From assembly GCF_006345805.1 (NCBI RefSeq), contig NC_042997.1, positions 173,538,001 through 173,602,000 on the forward strand: DNA of 64,000 bases, read 5' to 3'. Within the stretch, counting starts at the first letter, position 1. Every line of letters starts with the position of its first letter. Both the position numbers and the translations under genes were made by a program. The notes under the pieces are model-generated. The model was given only the letters and a program-made list of their open reading frames with translations, made no database searches and was not told the DNA's origin. Positions 1 through 13,362 of this stretch are shown here, one piece after another. The stretch is from Octopus sinensis (Eukaryota).

Positions 1-352
1 TTGAGTGGACTAGGTAAAAATTTATTTGTCTCGGCACATCCTTAACGCATATTCCATCTGTGTGTAAAATTTCAAGAAAATCCGTTGAAAACTTTAAAAG
101 TTATGGCAGAAAATAACATTCATATGAGAATTTGGATTGAAATGTCCAATTGATTTTTGAAAAATCGATGCTGATTAAAAATGATCGATTCTTTGAAATT
201 CCAAATGCGTACGTGACCGCATGGGCATAAGTCCCCGCATGGGCATAAGTCCCCGCTCAAGATCGGTTGGATAGTCTCGGAGGAATTAAGGTAACAAATT
301 CACAAACACACACAGTCACAAATAGACAGAAATTGTCATTTATGTATATAGA
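1..352 (-). mobile_element. Probable non-autonomous Helitron/Helentron-like element, 5' end (runs off window)
   Basis: Minus strand reads A|TCTATATACATAAA at 353-340, like the 5' end of the Helitron at 8170; internal 18-bp tandem duplication at 218-256. 3' end not visible. Confidence 0.4.
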
Positions 353-814
353 TATAACAATCCGTGTGCGAATAACAAAGGCGACGAGGCAATGGATTGG
401 GTCACAAATACTAAACAGATGAAAAAAATATGCTTGAAGTTAACAGATAGCCATCATCTGCCCAAGAGCAACTCTTTAGAAACGTTTTCTGAATTTGCTA
501 CTCTTGAGAAGCAACACAGCTGATGCAATTTGCAAGGCCGTCCCGTATCGATGACAAATTCAAGTCCTCCTTAGGTAAATGCTTATCAAACAAAGAAGAA
601 TTCCATAAAACCATTGGCTAATATCGCAGCTCACACTGATCTCCCTGTTCAGTGCAACTTTTGACTAATGTATCCATTTCTTTGGCTACAGATAAAACAT
701 TCTTGATCAAAGAATTCTGAGTTATTCTTCGTAAAACTCAATTTTCAACTCCATTCTCTTCACACATCAACAACAATATATGCTCGCTCATACCATCTAA
801 TACAAACTTCAGTT

Positions 815-1198
815 GAGGCGCAATGGCCCAGAGGTTAGGGCAACGGATTCGCAGTCATAGGATCGCGGTTTCGATTCCCAGACCGGGCGTTGTGAGTGTT
901 TATTGAGCGAAAACACCTAAAAGCTCCACGAGGCTCCGGCAGGGGATGGTGGTGATCCCTGCTGTACTCTTTCACCACAACTTTCTCTCACTCTTACTTC
1001 CTGTTTCTGTTGTACCTGTATTTCAAGGGGCCGACCTTGTCACTCTCTGTGTCACGCTGAATATCCCCGAGAACTACGTTAAGGGTGCACGTGTCTGTGG
1101 AGTGCTCAGCCACTTACACGTTAATTTCACGAGCAGGCTGTTCCGTTGATTCGGATCAACCGGAACCCTCATCGTCGTAACCGACGGAGTGCTTCCAA
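815..1198 (+). mobile_element. tRNA-derived SINE family A, full length
   Basis: A-box-like TGGCCCAGAGG and B-box GGTTTCGATTCC (867-878); 13-bp TSD AATACAAACTTCA at 799-811 and 1204-1216; near-identical copy at 7197-7580. Confidence 0.9.
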
Positions 1199-1430
1199 GG
1201 TCCAATACAAACTTCAAACTATAAAAACCGAGACGTGGTTTCCTGTTCTCTTCGCTCTTTAGAAGAGATCATTTTCATCCAAGATGTTTCTATTATCTTT
1301 AATCGTTTCAGAATTGCATTGTCCTGCCTTATTGGATTTAGTATTCGGGAATACTTCAAATTAAACACGTGTATATTTGTGTATACATGTATGTCTAATG
1401 TGAAGATGCAATATAATATTCATATTTGTG

Positions 1431-1480
<50 letters not shown>

Positions 1481-1525
1481 TGTTTTTTTGTGTATGAAGT
1501 AGCTTAGGGAATCTTAGTGAATCAA

Positions 1526-1756
1526 GGCGGCGAGCTGGCAGAATCGTTGGCACGCCGGGCGAAATGCTTATCAGTATTTCGTCTGCCGCTACGTTCTGAG
1601 TTCAAATTCCGCCGAGGTCGACTTTGCCTTTCATCCTTTCGGGGTCGATTAAATAAGTACCAGTTACGTACTGGGGTCTATATAATCGACTTAATCTGTT
1701 TTTCTGTCGTTGTTTGTCCTCTCTGTGTTTAGCCCCTTGTGGGTAGTAAAGAAAGA
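1526..1756 (+). mobile_element. SINE family B monomer
   Basis: GGCGGCGAGCTGGCAG head, GAGTTCAAATTCC B-box, TTTCATCCTTTCGGGGTCGAT central domain, TAAAGAAA tail; many copies in window. Confidence 0.9.
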
Positions 1757-2193
1757 GAAGTAGTTTAGTGAATCTCTGTCGTTTAGCGATTTGGGTTCTA
1801 TTACTTAATTATCTTAATTATCTGCTCATGAATTAAGGTATACGTTATGGAGTGTGTCACAGAAACGCGTACCCATTACGTAATTTTTAGGCAGAATCAG
1901 CGGAACACTGTGTGACAAGGCTGTACCATTTGAATTACAAGTACAATCAATCCAGCGATCTTCTTGTATACAGTTCCTTTCTTTACAGTTTTATTCGCAA
2001 GGTATAGATCGATCCGAGGCTATGGTTTGTTAACCGACATTACCCTGTAAGGAGCATAGAACCGACTTTCAGGGTTCTCTGGCGTGTATATATTCCTCTC
2101 TGGATGGGACGCCTGTACGACGCTGGATTAGTCATTTTTACCAGCTGAATGGATTGGAACATAAAACGAAGTATTTTACATAAGAACAAAACA

Positions 2194-2579
2194 CAGCTAC
2201 TCTACCCAGATTACAAGTTTAGGTTTATACCTGTAATTATTGGGACACTGGAATGTGTGACACACTGCCTAAATAACAATCTTGAGAAATTAGGCCTCTC
2301 ATAATCAAAAGGTAGAAAGCTGATTCGAAGACTACAGAACCGAGCCATCACTGCGACTATACAAAACTGTAAAACTACCCAGAATTTTATCATTTAAATA
2401 TGTATGAGTATGTCGAGACATGAGAATACATATATAAAACAAAACATACAAATCTGCATATATACATACATTCATACCCTGTTGATTATAATTGAAATTC
2501 CAATGAAGGACCCTTGGATCTAGGTTAGAAATCGGCTCCTTCCCTATTGGAAGGAAATCTTGAAATAAAACTGAATGAC

Positions 2580-2580
<1 letters not shown>
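2194..2580 (+). mobile_element. 3' end of an RLE-type non-LTR retrotransposon (R4/NeSL-like): ORF C-terminus plus 3' UTR
   Basis: 2194-2397 translates QLLYPDYKFRFIPVIIGTLE...KLIRRLQ...CKT with one internal stop, resembling the IPxIIGALG C-terminal RLE motif; the 3' UTR end recurs at 51611-51716. Confidence 0.6.
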
Positions 2581-2652
<72 letters not shown>

Positions 2653-2672
2653 TAAATAGATAGATAGATAGT

Positions 2673-2723
<51 letters not shown>

Positions 2724-2737
2724 ATAGATAGTAGATC

Positions 2738-2781
<44 letters not shown>

Positions 2782-2900
2782 CATACATACATACATACTA
2801 CATACAAACATACATACATACATACATACATACATACATACATACATACATACATACATACATACATACATACATACATACATACATACATACATACATA
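2581..2900. repeat. Compound (TAGA)n-(TACA)n microsatellite
   Basis: Directly visible. Confidence 0.97.
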
Positions 2901-3279
2901 CGACACATATGTATACATGAAGTAATATATTAAACGACATTTTAGTCTCCGCGAAAGCAATTTTATACAGCGCAGTAAAGTATCCATGAAATTCTTGTTC
3001 ATGAATTGTATATATTCATAACAAACCTGTGGTCTCTAAACATCCTGTCATATCCGACCACCCTCGCGACCCACCGCTCTACCGTTTCTCTATATACAAC
3101 TGTTATTTGTCGAGGCATAAATCGTATTTTTGTGTTATTGTTATTGTTGTTGCTGTTGTTATTCCAGCCCGCCAAATAGTCAACCGTCACCGTTACCGTT
3201 ACCCTGGAAAATAAAAGAAAGCACTGTAGTTACAATCATTACCTTGACAACAACAAATCCTAATGATATTAATGTATAC

Positions 3280-3393
3280 TAGGCTCAGGCGTGGCTGCGT
3301 GGTAAGAAGCTTGCTTCCCAGCAACATGATCCGGGGTTCAGTCCCACTGCCTGGCACCTTGGACAAGTGCCTTCTGCTATAGCCTCAAGCCGA
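3280..3393 (+). mobile_element. SINE family C head only (tRNA plus CORE-like region)
   Basis: GTGGCTGCGTGGTAAG...GGTTCAGTCCCACTGC...CTTGGACAAGTG matches the heads at 30902 and 47854. Confidence 0.75.
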
Positions 3394-3403
3394 TATATAT
3401 ATA

Positions 3404-3744
3404 TAAAGGGGGTAAAGACCCCCTTCGGTCATGAATGACCATGGGATTGCACCTAGAAAGTTACCCTCCTAGACACAAGTCCGGGCAAGGTTGTTTATGG
3501 AAGACCAGCAGTCGCCCATGCATACCGGCCTCCCCTCTCCACGCCACCAGTGTTATCCAAGGGAAAGACAAAGGTCGATACAGCTTGGAACCAGTGACGT
3601 CGCAACTCATTTCTACAGCTGAGTGAACTGGAGCAACGTGAAATAAAGTGTCTTGCTCAAGAACACAACACGCAGCCCGGACCGGGATTCGAGCTCACAA
3701 CCTCACGATCGTAAGCTCGACGCTCTAACCACTGAGCCATGCGC
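3404..3744 (-). mobile_element. tRNA-derived SINE family E (tail type 2), inserted in (TA)n
   Basis: Minus strand has a tRNA-like head (TGGCTCAGTGG...GCTCGAATCC) then CTTGAGCAAGACACTTTATTTCACGTTGCTC, shared with 22681-23000. Confidence 0.8.
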
Positions 3745-3877
<133 letters not shown>

Positions 3878-3906
3878 TATATATAATATATATAATATAT
3901 ATATAT

Positions 3907-3939
<33 letters not shown>

Positions 3940-3941
3940 CA

Positions 3942-4069
3942 CAGGGTGTCCCAAAAATGTATACACACCTTAAATAATTGTAAATTTGTTATTCTTTGTA
4001 AGCCTAGTACTTATTCTATCGTTCTCTTTTGCCGAACCACTATGTGTATACATTTTTGGGGACACCCTG
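3942..4069. mobile_element. Tc1/mariner-type MITE (128 bp) containing a SINE D fragment
   Basis: ~25-bp TIR CAGGGTGTCCCAAAAATGTATACAC and its reverse complement; TA on the right, CA on the left, inside a (TA)n array; 3989-4042 matches the SINE D tail. Confidence 0.8.
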
Positions 4070-4073
4070 TATT

Positions 4074-4149
<76 letters not shown>

Positions 4150-4380
4150 TGTATATATGTATGTATATATTATGTATGTACATACGAAAGAAAGTCAAAA
4201 ATTATCCCCACTTTCACCATAGCATATCTTTATTAATGTCACACTGCCTTTTACACATGCGTGCTTATAGCTGGTACTCTCGTGGTCACTTGATCGAAGT
4301 CTAAGCGTGATTGCGCCATTTTTCTTCCTGGCTTGACAGAGTAAGCATAGCCGCTCCACTATTGATTCGTAACAAATGTT

Positions 4381-5215
4381 AAGGTGGTGAGCTGGCAGAA
4401 TCGTTAGCATACCGGACAAAATGCTTAGTGGCATTTCGTCTATTTTTACGATCTAAGTTCAAATTCTGCCGCGGTCGACTTTGCTTTTCACCTTTTCGGG
4501 TGGGGGTAGGGGAGGGGCATAAAATAAGTTTCAGTTGAGCACTGGGAACGATGTAATCATGCCCCAAAATTGCTGGCCTTGTGCCAAAACTTGAAATCAA
4601 TATATCTTAAGGTGGCGAACTGGCAGAATCGTTAAGCACTCCGAGTAAAATGCTTAGCGCCATTTCGTCCGTTTTTTACAATCTTAGTTCAAATCCCGTT
4701 GAGGTCGACTTTGCCGTTCTTTCCTTCTTTCTTTCTTTCTTCCTCCTTTCCTTCTTTCTTTCTTTCTCAGTTCTTTCTCAGTTCTTTCATTCTTTCTTTC
4801 TTTCTTTCCTTCTTTCTTTCTGGGTCGATGAAATAAGTACCACCTAAACATTGGAAGGGTAATCGACTTACCCCTCCTTGAAAATTCTGCCACGGTCGAC
4901 TTTGCCTTTCATCCTTTCGACGAATCGATAAAATGTGTACCAGTTGAACACTGGAGTCGATATAATGGATTTATTCCACACCCCACGAACCTGCTGACCT
5001 TGTGCCAACATTTGAAACCAATTTGCAATATATGCCCAAGTTCAGAAATTTGGGTCGAAGGAATCAGTCGATTATATCGACCCTAACCTATGACAAGTAG
5101 TTTTATCATCGACCGCGGAAGAACCAATTGTGAGTTGATCTTGGCACAATTTGAACTCATGCTTCTGAACGAAATACTGTAATGCTTACAAAGGCAGACA
5201 GACACCTTAACGTTT
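4381..5215. mobile_element. Cluster of older B-related SINEs (subtype B2)
   Basis: Three + strand B-type heads/central domains with GCTGGCCTTGTGCCAAAA-type tails, one expanded by (TTTC)n at ~4716-4820; one minus-strand copy at ~5040-5215. Confidence 0.7.
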
Positions 5216-5248
5216 CGGCAACTCCACAGACCTGACAATGCTAATAAA

Positions 5249-5473
5249 TATTTCTTTATTGCCCACAAGGGCTAAACATAGAGGGGAGAAACAAGGACAG
5301 ACAAACGGATTAAGTCGATTATATCGACCCCAGTGCATAACTGGTATTTCATTTATCGACCCCGAAAGGATGAAAGGCAAAGTCGACCTCGGCGAATTTG
5401 AACTCAGAACGTAACGGCAGACGAAATACCGCTAAGCATTTCGCCCGGCGCGCTAATATTTCTGCCAGCTCAC
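5249..5473 (-). mobile_element. SINE family B monomer
   Basis: Reverse complement of the B consensus seen in other copies. Confidence 0.9.
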
Positions 5474-5534
5474 TAATAATATAAGTATCAGTGATACAGA
5501 TGTGTGTGTGTGTGTGTGTATGTGTGTGTATGTG

Positions 5535-5584
<50 letters not shown>

Positions 5585-6319
5585 TGTGTGTGTGACAGAG
5601 AAGTCGAGATATAAGAGAGAAAAAGGTAATTACAAATAGTTAAAATATAAGGTAACCTAGTAATGCATTATTGCCTTCGCCACCCATACTCTTCCTAAAA
5701 CTCCACATACGCTAAACAAACACCTACATACAAACTGACACATAAGCACACACACAGGCACACTTACGCACAGAAATAGATAAACGAACGCACTAAGCAA
5801 CCACACCAATACAAACACACACCACAGCCGCCGCAACCACCACAATCGCAAAACCATCGCTACGAACCATCATCGTCTGCTCCGCCGTACCACACAAGCG
5901 TCTGGGGCGAAAATGTCAGTGCCGCTGTTTGTTTATGCTGTCAGTGATATGTTTGTTAATCGTTTCGAATTTATGTTCAATCTGTGAACAGGTCATGGAT
6001 AGGTCTCGGCTACGTCTGTCTATATTCGTGGAACCTTCAGGAAGCCAAGGTAAATAAAGGAGGAAAAGGAGGAGGAGGAGGAATAGGAATAAGAGGAGGG
6101 ATACGAGGAGGAGGAGGGAGATAGGAAGAGAGAGTGAATAACGTACGTACTTTCACATCACAACGTGTGTGTATGCTTTGTGCACTCGCCCGTTTATGTG
6201 TGTGTGTGGGGGTATGTGAGTTTGTGTGTTATGTGTGTGCGTGCGCTTATATGTATGTGTGCATGAATGCGTTATGTGTGCGTGTATGTCAACACTTAGA
6301 ATACATCTACTTCTAAATT

Positions 6320-6406
6320 ATGTATGTGTCTATGTACGTATGTATGTATGTATGTATGTACGTATGTATGTATGTATGTATGTATGTATGTATGTATGTA
6401 TGTATG

Positions 6407-6439
<33 letters not shown>

Positions 6440-6440
6440 G

Positions 6441-6507
<67 letters not shown>

Positions 6508-6576
6508 ATCTATCTAGTTATTAATTTATCTATGTAAATGTGTGTGCGTGTGTATTATATACACACGCACAAACAC

Positions 6577-6617
<41 letters not shown>

Positions 6618-6620
6618 CTC
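6320..6620. repeat. Compound (TATG)n-(TATC)n and (CA)n microsatellites
   Basis: Directly visible. Confidence 0.95.
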
Positions 6621-7196
6621 TTTTCTCCGATTCTTTGACTGTTTCTCTCATTTTCTCTTTTCAGTTTGCGTTTCTTTTTATCAGGAAAAATATTGCCCTG
6701 CACTTAGCGCGTTGGATTCATGTTCCATAGGTCGAGTGTTCGATCTCAGGTCACTCTAGTCCACTCAGATGAAAACAAGCACTCACGATAGCGAGTGGGC
6801 TGTGGGTAGTAGATCTGTAATGACCGATCGTTTCATTCTCACTTGTATGATTAAAGCTGCAAATTTAGCTGTTTTTTTCTTGCTGTCTTTTTAGGAATAT
6901 GGATTTACTAGAGAAGATTCCTCGTCCACTCGCTCCTGCCCCTTTTAGTCACCTCTTACGCCACGCAGGGAATACGGCGACTGCATTCTACCGATCCCAC
7001 CCAACCCCGATTGCAGGAGGGTTTGCTAGTTAACCCATAGCTGGGACCCCTACAGGTGCTGCCACTCCGGACCGGAGTTGACCTGGGAACAATAGAGGGT
7101 AAGAAGTGATTCCACACTCCTCAAACTCTGAAACCAGGGCCCCAGGGTCCACTATAGTATCACCAGGTATACGTTTATTATCGCATTCATATTTAT

Positions 7197-7580
7197 TGGG
7201 AAGCACTCCGTCGGTTACGACGATGAGGGTTCCGGTTGATCCGAATCAACGGAACAGCCTGCTCGTGAAATTAACGTGTAAGTGGCTGAGCACTCCACAG
7301 ACACGTGTACCCTTAACGTAGTTCTCGGGGATATTCAGCGTGACAAAGAGAGTGACAAGGCCGGCCCTTTGAAATACAGGTACAACAGAAACAGGAAGTA
7401 AGAGTGAGAGAAAGTTGTGGTGAAAGAGTACAGCAGGGATCACCACCATCCCCTGCCGGAGCCTCGTGGAGCTTTTAGGTGTTTTCGCTCAATAAACACT
7501 CACAACGCCCGGTCTGGGAATCGAAACCGCGATCCTATGACCGCGAGTCCGCTGCCCTAACCACTGGGCCATTGCGCCTC
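7197..7580 (-). mobile_element. SINE family A, full length
   Basis: Reverse complement of 815-1198; 12-bp TSD TCATATTTATTG (7187-7198) / TCATATATATTG (7585-7596). Confidence 0.9.
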
Positions 7581-8169
7581 CACGTCATATATATTGATTT
7601 GGTTACGTGTTGTAATCACTTACAGTTGATAGATTTTACTGATTGATCTTTTGTGATCAGAAATATCCATAAAGGTGTTATAACCACACTTTAGTGAAGA
7701 GAGGGAATGGAGGATTTGGCATTCAGGTTTCTGTCATTTATTGTGCGATAGACATTACTATAAGATGGAAATATGGAAGCTAAATGAATTGCAGGTTCCG
7801 CTTACGTAGATATAACAGCTATGTAGTACATGGTGTACACTACAGACACACGTACAAAACCATCGAACGCGCATAGACATACACAAACACATCTAAGCAT
7901 GAACAAAGGACTCTCGTACTCACTCAGACATGTGTGCGTACGTACACACAGATACTTGTGCATACGTAGAATTTATAGCCATGAAACTTCTGTATTAAAT
8001 TTATCCAGAAGTTACTACGTATTTATTTCACTACCAGGATGGAGGTGGCGTTCTTATTTAATCTCCTTGCCACAATGATTGAACAGATCATCTCAAGGCA
8101 TTCCAACTTTGACCATTCCGCCTGTTTAGGGTTTTACACGACTATACTATCTGATATACTTTTAACATA

Positions 8170-8681
8170 TCTATATATATAAAACTGTAGTTGTGTGAGT
8201 GTCTGTCCCCTTCGATTTAGATTCCTAACTACTCCCACATTTTGCGGTTCAGTTTAACCAAATTCGGGTATCTTATAGTCGTGATTCATATCGAGCCCGT
8301 CTGAGTATTAGCGCGCGTCTACGATGAGTCTACGATTTTAAAAATAATTTAACATAATTTTTTATTCCATTTTAATGCATAATTTTTCGTGTGTCGATGG
8401 CGGCGGAGTTGGCGTCCATGGTCACACCTGCACCTGTTTGCTTCTCCCCTTCTTCCCTCCCTCGTGAAGCTGTGGGGAAGGGAGTGTAAGGAAATCAACG
8501 TCGTAAAGCGTTGTCAAGGAGACCAGCGTTCTTTTAGAACAACGACTTCATGGCTTGAAGACACCAAAACAGAAATGGCTAAGAAAGCCCGAATTGGCGT
8601 CTATAAGGGAAGTAACTCTCTAAAAATGCTTATATAGTTATTTCCCTTACAAACCCGAGCAACGCCGGGCGATACTGCTAG
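8170..8681 (+). mobile_element. Non-autonomous Helitron
   Basis: 5' TC after A8169; subterminal hairpin CCCGAGCAACGCCGGG (8654-8669); 3' CTAG (8678-8681) followed by T; no TSD. These are the canonical Helitron termini. Confidence 0.85.
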
Positions 8682-9606
8682 TTATCTTATATATTTTCTT
8701 TCAGATATGTCTAGTAAATATATATTTGAACGAAAATATACTTTCACTGTACTGTATTCATCACTTATTTCTAACCCGAAATACTTCGATCAGGATGTTA
8801 TTCCTTTTGTCTATCATTAACTTTCAGTAACTATAATTTCTACCAGTAACTTCATAATAAATTGTAACTGATCCAAAATACTTTATGTATTTATTCTTCC
8901 TTTTATGCAAATTCAAAATAAAGGATTTTAAAAAATGATATTTTTTGTATGGAAATTGAAAAAAAAAATGTGTATGTTAAGAGGTTGAGACTGACTGTAC
9001 GATGTTATTTGCGATTGTTTTGGTTATTATTTTTAGCAAGAGAAACGACAACACAGAGGCTCGTTCATTAAGCTGAAGCTTTGTTTAATTGTATTATGGT
9101 TGTAATGTAATGGTGACAATGTCACTGCAACAAATTTCTGTTGGTGATAATGATGGCTTTCATAATCATCATCATTATAATGGTTTCAAATTTTGGGCAC
9201 AAGGCCAATAATTTCGATGGAGGGTTTAAATCGATTACATCGACCCCAGTACTCAACAGTACTCAACTGGTACTTATTTTATCGGCCCCGAAAGGATGAA
9301 AGCGTACTGTCGACCTCGGTGGAATCGTCGTAATGATAACTATTAAATGCTGTAATGCATACTATTAAAAATTTAGTTGAAGCAAAATACCTTTCCTAAT
9401 AAGCCAGCCACTCAAATGGACGATGAGACTCACGTGAGACTGGTAAAATTCCTTTTGTCATAATAACATTTAGAAAAGCTACATTGTAGAGGTTCTTTGG
9501 GGCACGCAAACACCACATCAGTTTCACTTGAAACAGAAAATTCTTCAATGAAACAATGCCAGATGTATAATGTTGGGGGTGGAAAGAAAACAAATTCTTT
9601 TCTACG

Positions 9607-9990
9607 TGTTTCAGTCATTGAACTGCGGCGATATTGGGCCACCCCCTGAAGGGTTTATCCAAATAAATCGATCTTAGTACTTATTTTTTAAGGCCTGGTA
9701 CTTATTCTCTTGATCTTTGTTGCCTAACTCGTAAGTTACGGGAACATAACGAAACGAACAAGAAACAAGACAAACACTAACACACTTATAAATACACACA
9801 CATACGCACACGCACGCACACACACATACACGGCTGGTTTCTTTCAGTTTCCATCCACCACAGCCACTCGTAAAGCTTTGGACTGGCTTGGGTTATAGTA
9901 AAAGGCACTTGCCCCAGGTGCTATCATGTGTGGGTGAATCCGGAATCATACAGTTGAGGAACAAAGTTCTTACCACACAACCACACCTGA
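9607..9990 (-). mobile_element. Degenerate composite SINE C-microsatellite-D
   Basis: Diverged match to 47451-47854. Confidence 0.65.
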
Positions 9991-11624
9991 GCATAGAACT
10001 AATAAACACTCAAAGAAAAAACAAAATGCTAGACACACAAATGGCACCTAAAGAATCTCAAAATTATAATGTCCAAACAAAGAGTATCTTAAAGAATTTC
10101 TTGAATCAGAGCATTCCATTTCACAATGTAAAGCACCGCAAAGAGTAGATGACGTCAGCAAAATGGAAAATGAAGTGAACGGTCACTATAACTGTGTGTG
10201 TAGTATTATGATTGATTGATTTTAGTTTCAGCTCATGAGCTGTGGCCATGCTGGGGCACCGCCATTTTGAAAAGATATTGTTGAAAAGATATTTATAATA
10301 TTAGTGAATTCAATGATAGCTAATTAATCATTCGGTGCTGTCAGTGCAAGCGCTGTTCTGTCAACTAGAAGTACGAGTTCACCTCTGTCCGACATATTAT
10401 GCACTAAAAATAGCTCTAAGCTACTAGTCTCTCTCTGTGGACAGAATACTAGTAACCTATCCTTTGCAAAAGTTTAACAAAACCACAAACTAATCAGATC
10501 ATTTTTATTTTTCTGTATACAAAGAACTGAAATTTGTAAAGTAATCATTTTGCTTTTTGCAGCTTTATTTATCGAAAAGGTATGACGTACAATATTTTTA
10601 GCTAGGTATTTTTTTTAATAATCGCAATTTGTTAGAAAGAGCAACAAGGGTTACAACATAAACATGAAGGTGTTTTTTTTTTTTCATTAGATCAGTGTAA
10701 GCACAAACACACAAACATACTCACAACTTATATGTGTGCACATGTGTGTGTGCCTGTTTGAGTATGCGTTTGAACAAACGAATGCATAGGTGTATGAAAG
10801 AGCATTCAAATGTTTATGTGTCAGTGCGTGTGTATGAATTCATCAGTGAGTCTTTATACAACACTTTGATTTACGACTGGGAATCTTTAGCAGACCCGGA
10901 AAACCGCTGATATCGGTCCAAGGTGTGCTGAGAAGCTGTCAAATTTTCTATACTAACCACACAGTAAATTTAGAAACATTGATGAAAGAGCAATAACACA
11001 CGGAATTGTAAAAGAAAATTAAGGAAGGTGTGCCATATATTAAAGATATTGTCTTATATGGTGGAGAAAAGTCTTCGAATAAAAGTCAATAAAAATATAA
11101 ACAATATCAAAATCAATTGATGTAGTTGTTTTTCATAGAAATAATTCATTTACGATTTTCAGCTAAATGTTATTTTTTTCTTTCTTTTTCTTTTTTTTTT
11201 ATATTCCTCAGTTACTAAATTCTACGATTTATTCTCTGAATATAATTTATCTGAAGCAAAGTTCGACTGTACCCTATCTGAAGAAAAATCGTGTGTCCCC
11301 TTTATATGTTGATATAGTAGAGTCAGTTGTACCCTACATACGCGAAGAAACTGTAAAACAGTTCAGCTGTACCTTACGTATTCAAATTAGCAGTGTCATT
11401 TTCTTCTACCTTACATTATGAAAGTGTAATGTCAGCTGCACTTTATAACATTAGAATGGTTAAGTTTGTTTGACTTTTTTACTTCCCGTACCTCACATAT
11501 TGGAATTAACAGATTCAACAGTTCTTTTCTATATTATTATTTGTTGTAGTTAGTTTCTTTTTACTAAACAGTAAAGAAAAGGAAAAAGGAAATATGTAGT
11601 TATCTAATTACATTACCAAGTATA

Positions 11625-11800
11625 CTATTGTTGTTGCTGCTTAACTCCAGGTCAGCCCTGGTCAAGCGGAGCTATGATCAATAGCATTGCAGCTTTGATC
11701 AATCTATATATCAGGAATGTCATTGTCAAATCTATCCTTTATTTAAAACACTAGAATGTAATTTGAAAGAGATTTGGTTGCTATTTCTAGCATATCAAAT
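11625..11800 (-). mobile_element. Old interspersed repeat family F with (AAC)n-like tail
   Basis: CAGGTCAGCCCTG...ATTTGGTTGCTATTTCTAGCA motifs recur, diverged, near 8040-8160, 18170-18350 and 36240-36420. Confidence 0.45.
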
Positions 11801-12074
11801 AACCCATGTACAGGCTCCTTCGATTGTTCATTTCCAAGGGTGTTAGTGACACAAGTTATGTGAAGTGGCTTAGTCTGGAAACTGAAACCGCGTAAAAGCC
11901 ACAAATCTTATCTTCTGTGTTTCATACATGAAATTCTTAGATGATAATATTATCCAGTTTATAACAATGTGGAATGGGTCTTTGGCACAACCAGAATTTA
12001 AAAACTGGGCTTCACCTTTTGTTTGATCCAAGTTAATGCTTTATGAATTTAACCTGTTTGACTAGGCATAAAAG

Positions 12075-12144
<70 letters not shown>

Positions 12145-12686
12145 CTTTGTCTGTCCTTGTTTGTCCCCTCTATGTTTTGTCCTTTGTGGCAATAAAGAAT
12201 TTAATATTATGACGTTTATGGGTTTCCTAAGTTTATTAAAAACGTTAGCGAAATTAGGAGACTGTCAGAAAATACTAAGAGAATCGACTGTAACGAACGA
12301 ATTAAGATGACATTTGGGGGTGAAGCAATGTGATGTGACTAGCTGCGGCTGTGAATCGAAACCAAATGACATTCGGTAGGCCACGAATTCACCACTTAAT
12401 CCAAGATGCTATACACAATCTGTTTTATACAGGAAAAACTGTAATAGCTGCAAAAGCACAAATCAACGGATTGTTAACATATTAACGATCAACTGAAGTG
12501 ACAAGTACACGAATACTGATGTTTCTGTGTCCAAGACACTTAGTACGAACAGGTCAATCTTCTTAGCTTTAAATAAAAACCATGTAGGTAAACACAGCTC
12601 TAAATTTCAATGGGAAATTTATCCTTTCGCTGTTAATGAATTCGGATCGATCGTAGCATTGGTGTAACTTCAGAGGTGTATCTAAG

Positions 12687-12872
12687 CAATGCTCCACAAC
12701 CATTTTTCACTTGCGGTACGCTTATATTCTTTTCAAAATTCGAAGGCACACCTGAACTTAAAATATAGCTAAAAGTATAGGGGAAAAAATTATATTCAGG
12801 TTATACTGCGGCACACCTAGTATCGTCTCGTGACACACCAATGTGCCGCGGCATACCGGTTGCGAAGCACTG
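12687..12872. mobile_element. hAT (Charlie-type) MITE
   Basis: Imperfect 15-bp TIR CAATGCTCCACAACC / GGTTGCGAAGCACTG; right flank ATCTAGAG fits the NTCTAGAN Charlie target; left flank ATCTAAG. Confidence 0.55.
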
Positions 12873-13003
12873 ATCTAGAGCACTAGTTATCAAACAATCT
12901 ACTACAGAATATCAGAAATACGATTCAAAATTTTACAAAATCAACATTAATGCCTGGAAAGTTTTAAAAAGATGTGATATTCATAATTTTCACAAGGATT
13001 TTC

Positions 13004-13362
13004 GGTAAGTAGCTTGCTAACCAACCACATGGTTCCGGGTTCAGTCCCACTGCGTGGCATCTTGGGCAAGTGTCTTCTGCTATAGCCCCGGGCCGACCAA
13101 TGCCTTGTGAGTGGATTTGGTAGACGGAAACTGAAAGAAGCCTGTCGTATATATGTATATATATAAATGTGTGTGTGTGTTTGTGTGTCTGTTTTTGTCC
13201 CCCTAGTGTGTTTACGTCCCCGTCACTTAGCGGTTCGGAAAAAAGAGACCGATAGAATAAGTACTGGGCTTACAAAAAGAATAAGTCCCGGGGTCGAGTT
13301 GCTCGACTGAAAGGTGGTGTTCCAGCATGGCCGCAGTCAAGTGACTGAAACAAGTAAAAGAA
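13004..13362 (+). mobile_element. Composite SINE C-microsatellite-D, slightly 5' truncated
   Basis: C head, (TA)/(TG) linker, D tail ending CAGTCAAGTGACTGAAACAAGTAAAAGAA. Confidence 0.88.

Noticed and set aside
480-797. Minus-strand protein-like frame (DGMSEHILL...LSSIRDGLANC)
   Set aside because: It has three in-frame stops and no motif I recognise; possibly a TE relic, but it cannot be assigned.
815-890. tRNA gene call for SINE heads (A, B, C, E)
   Set aside because: They have A/B boxes but no closable acceptor stem, are multicopy, and carry long non-tRNA bodies and TSDs.
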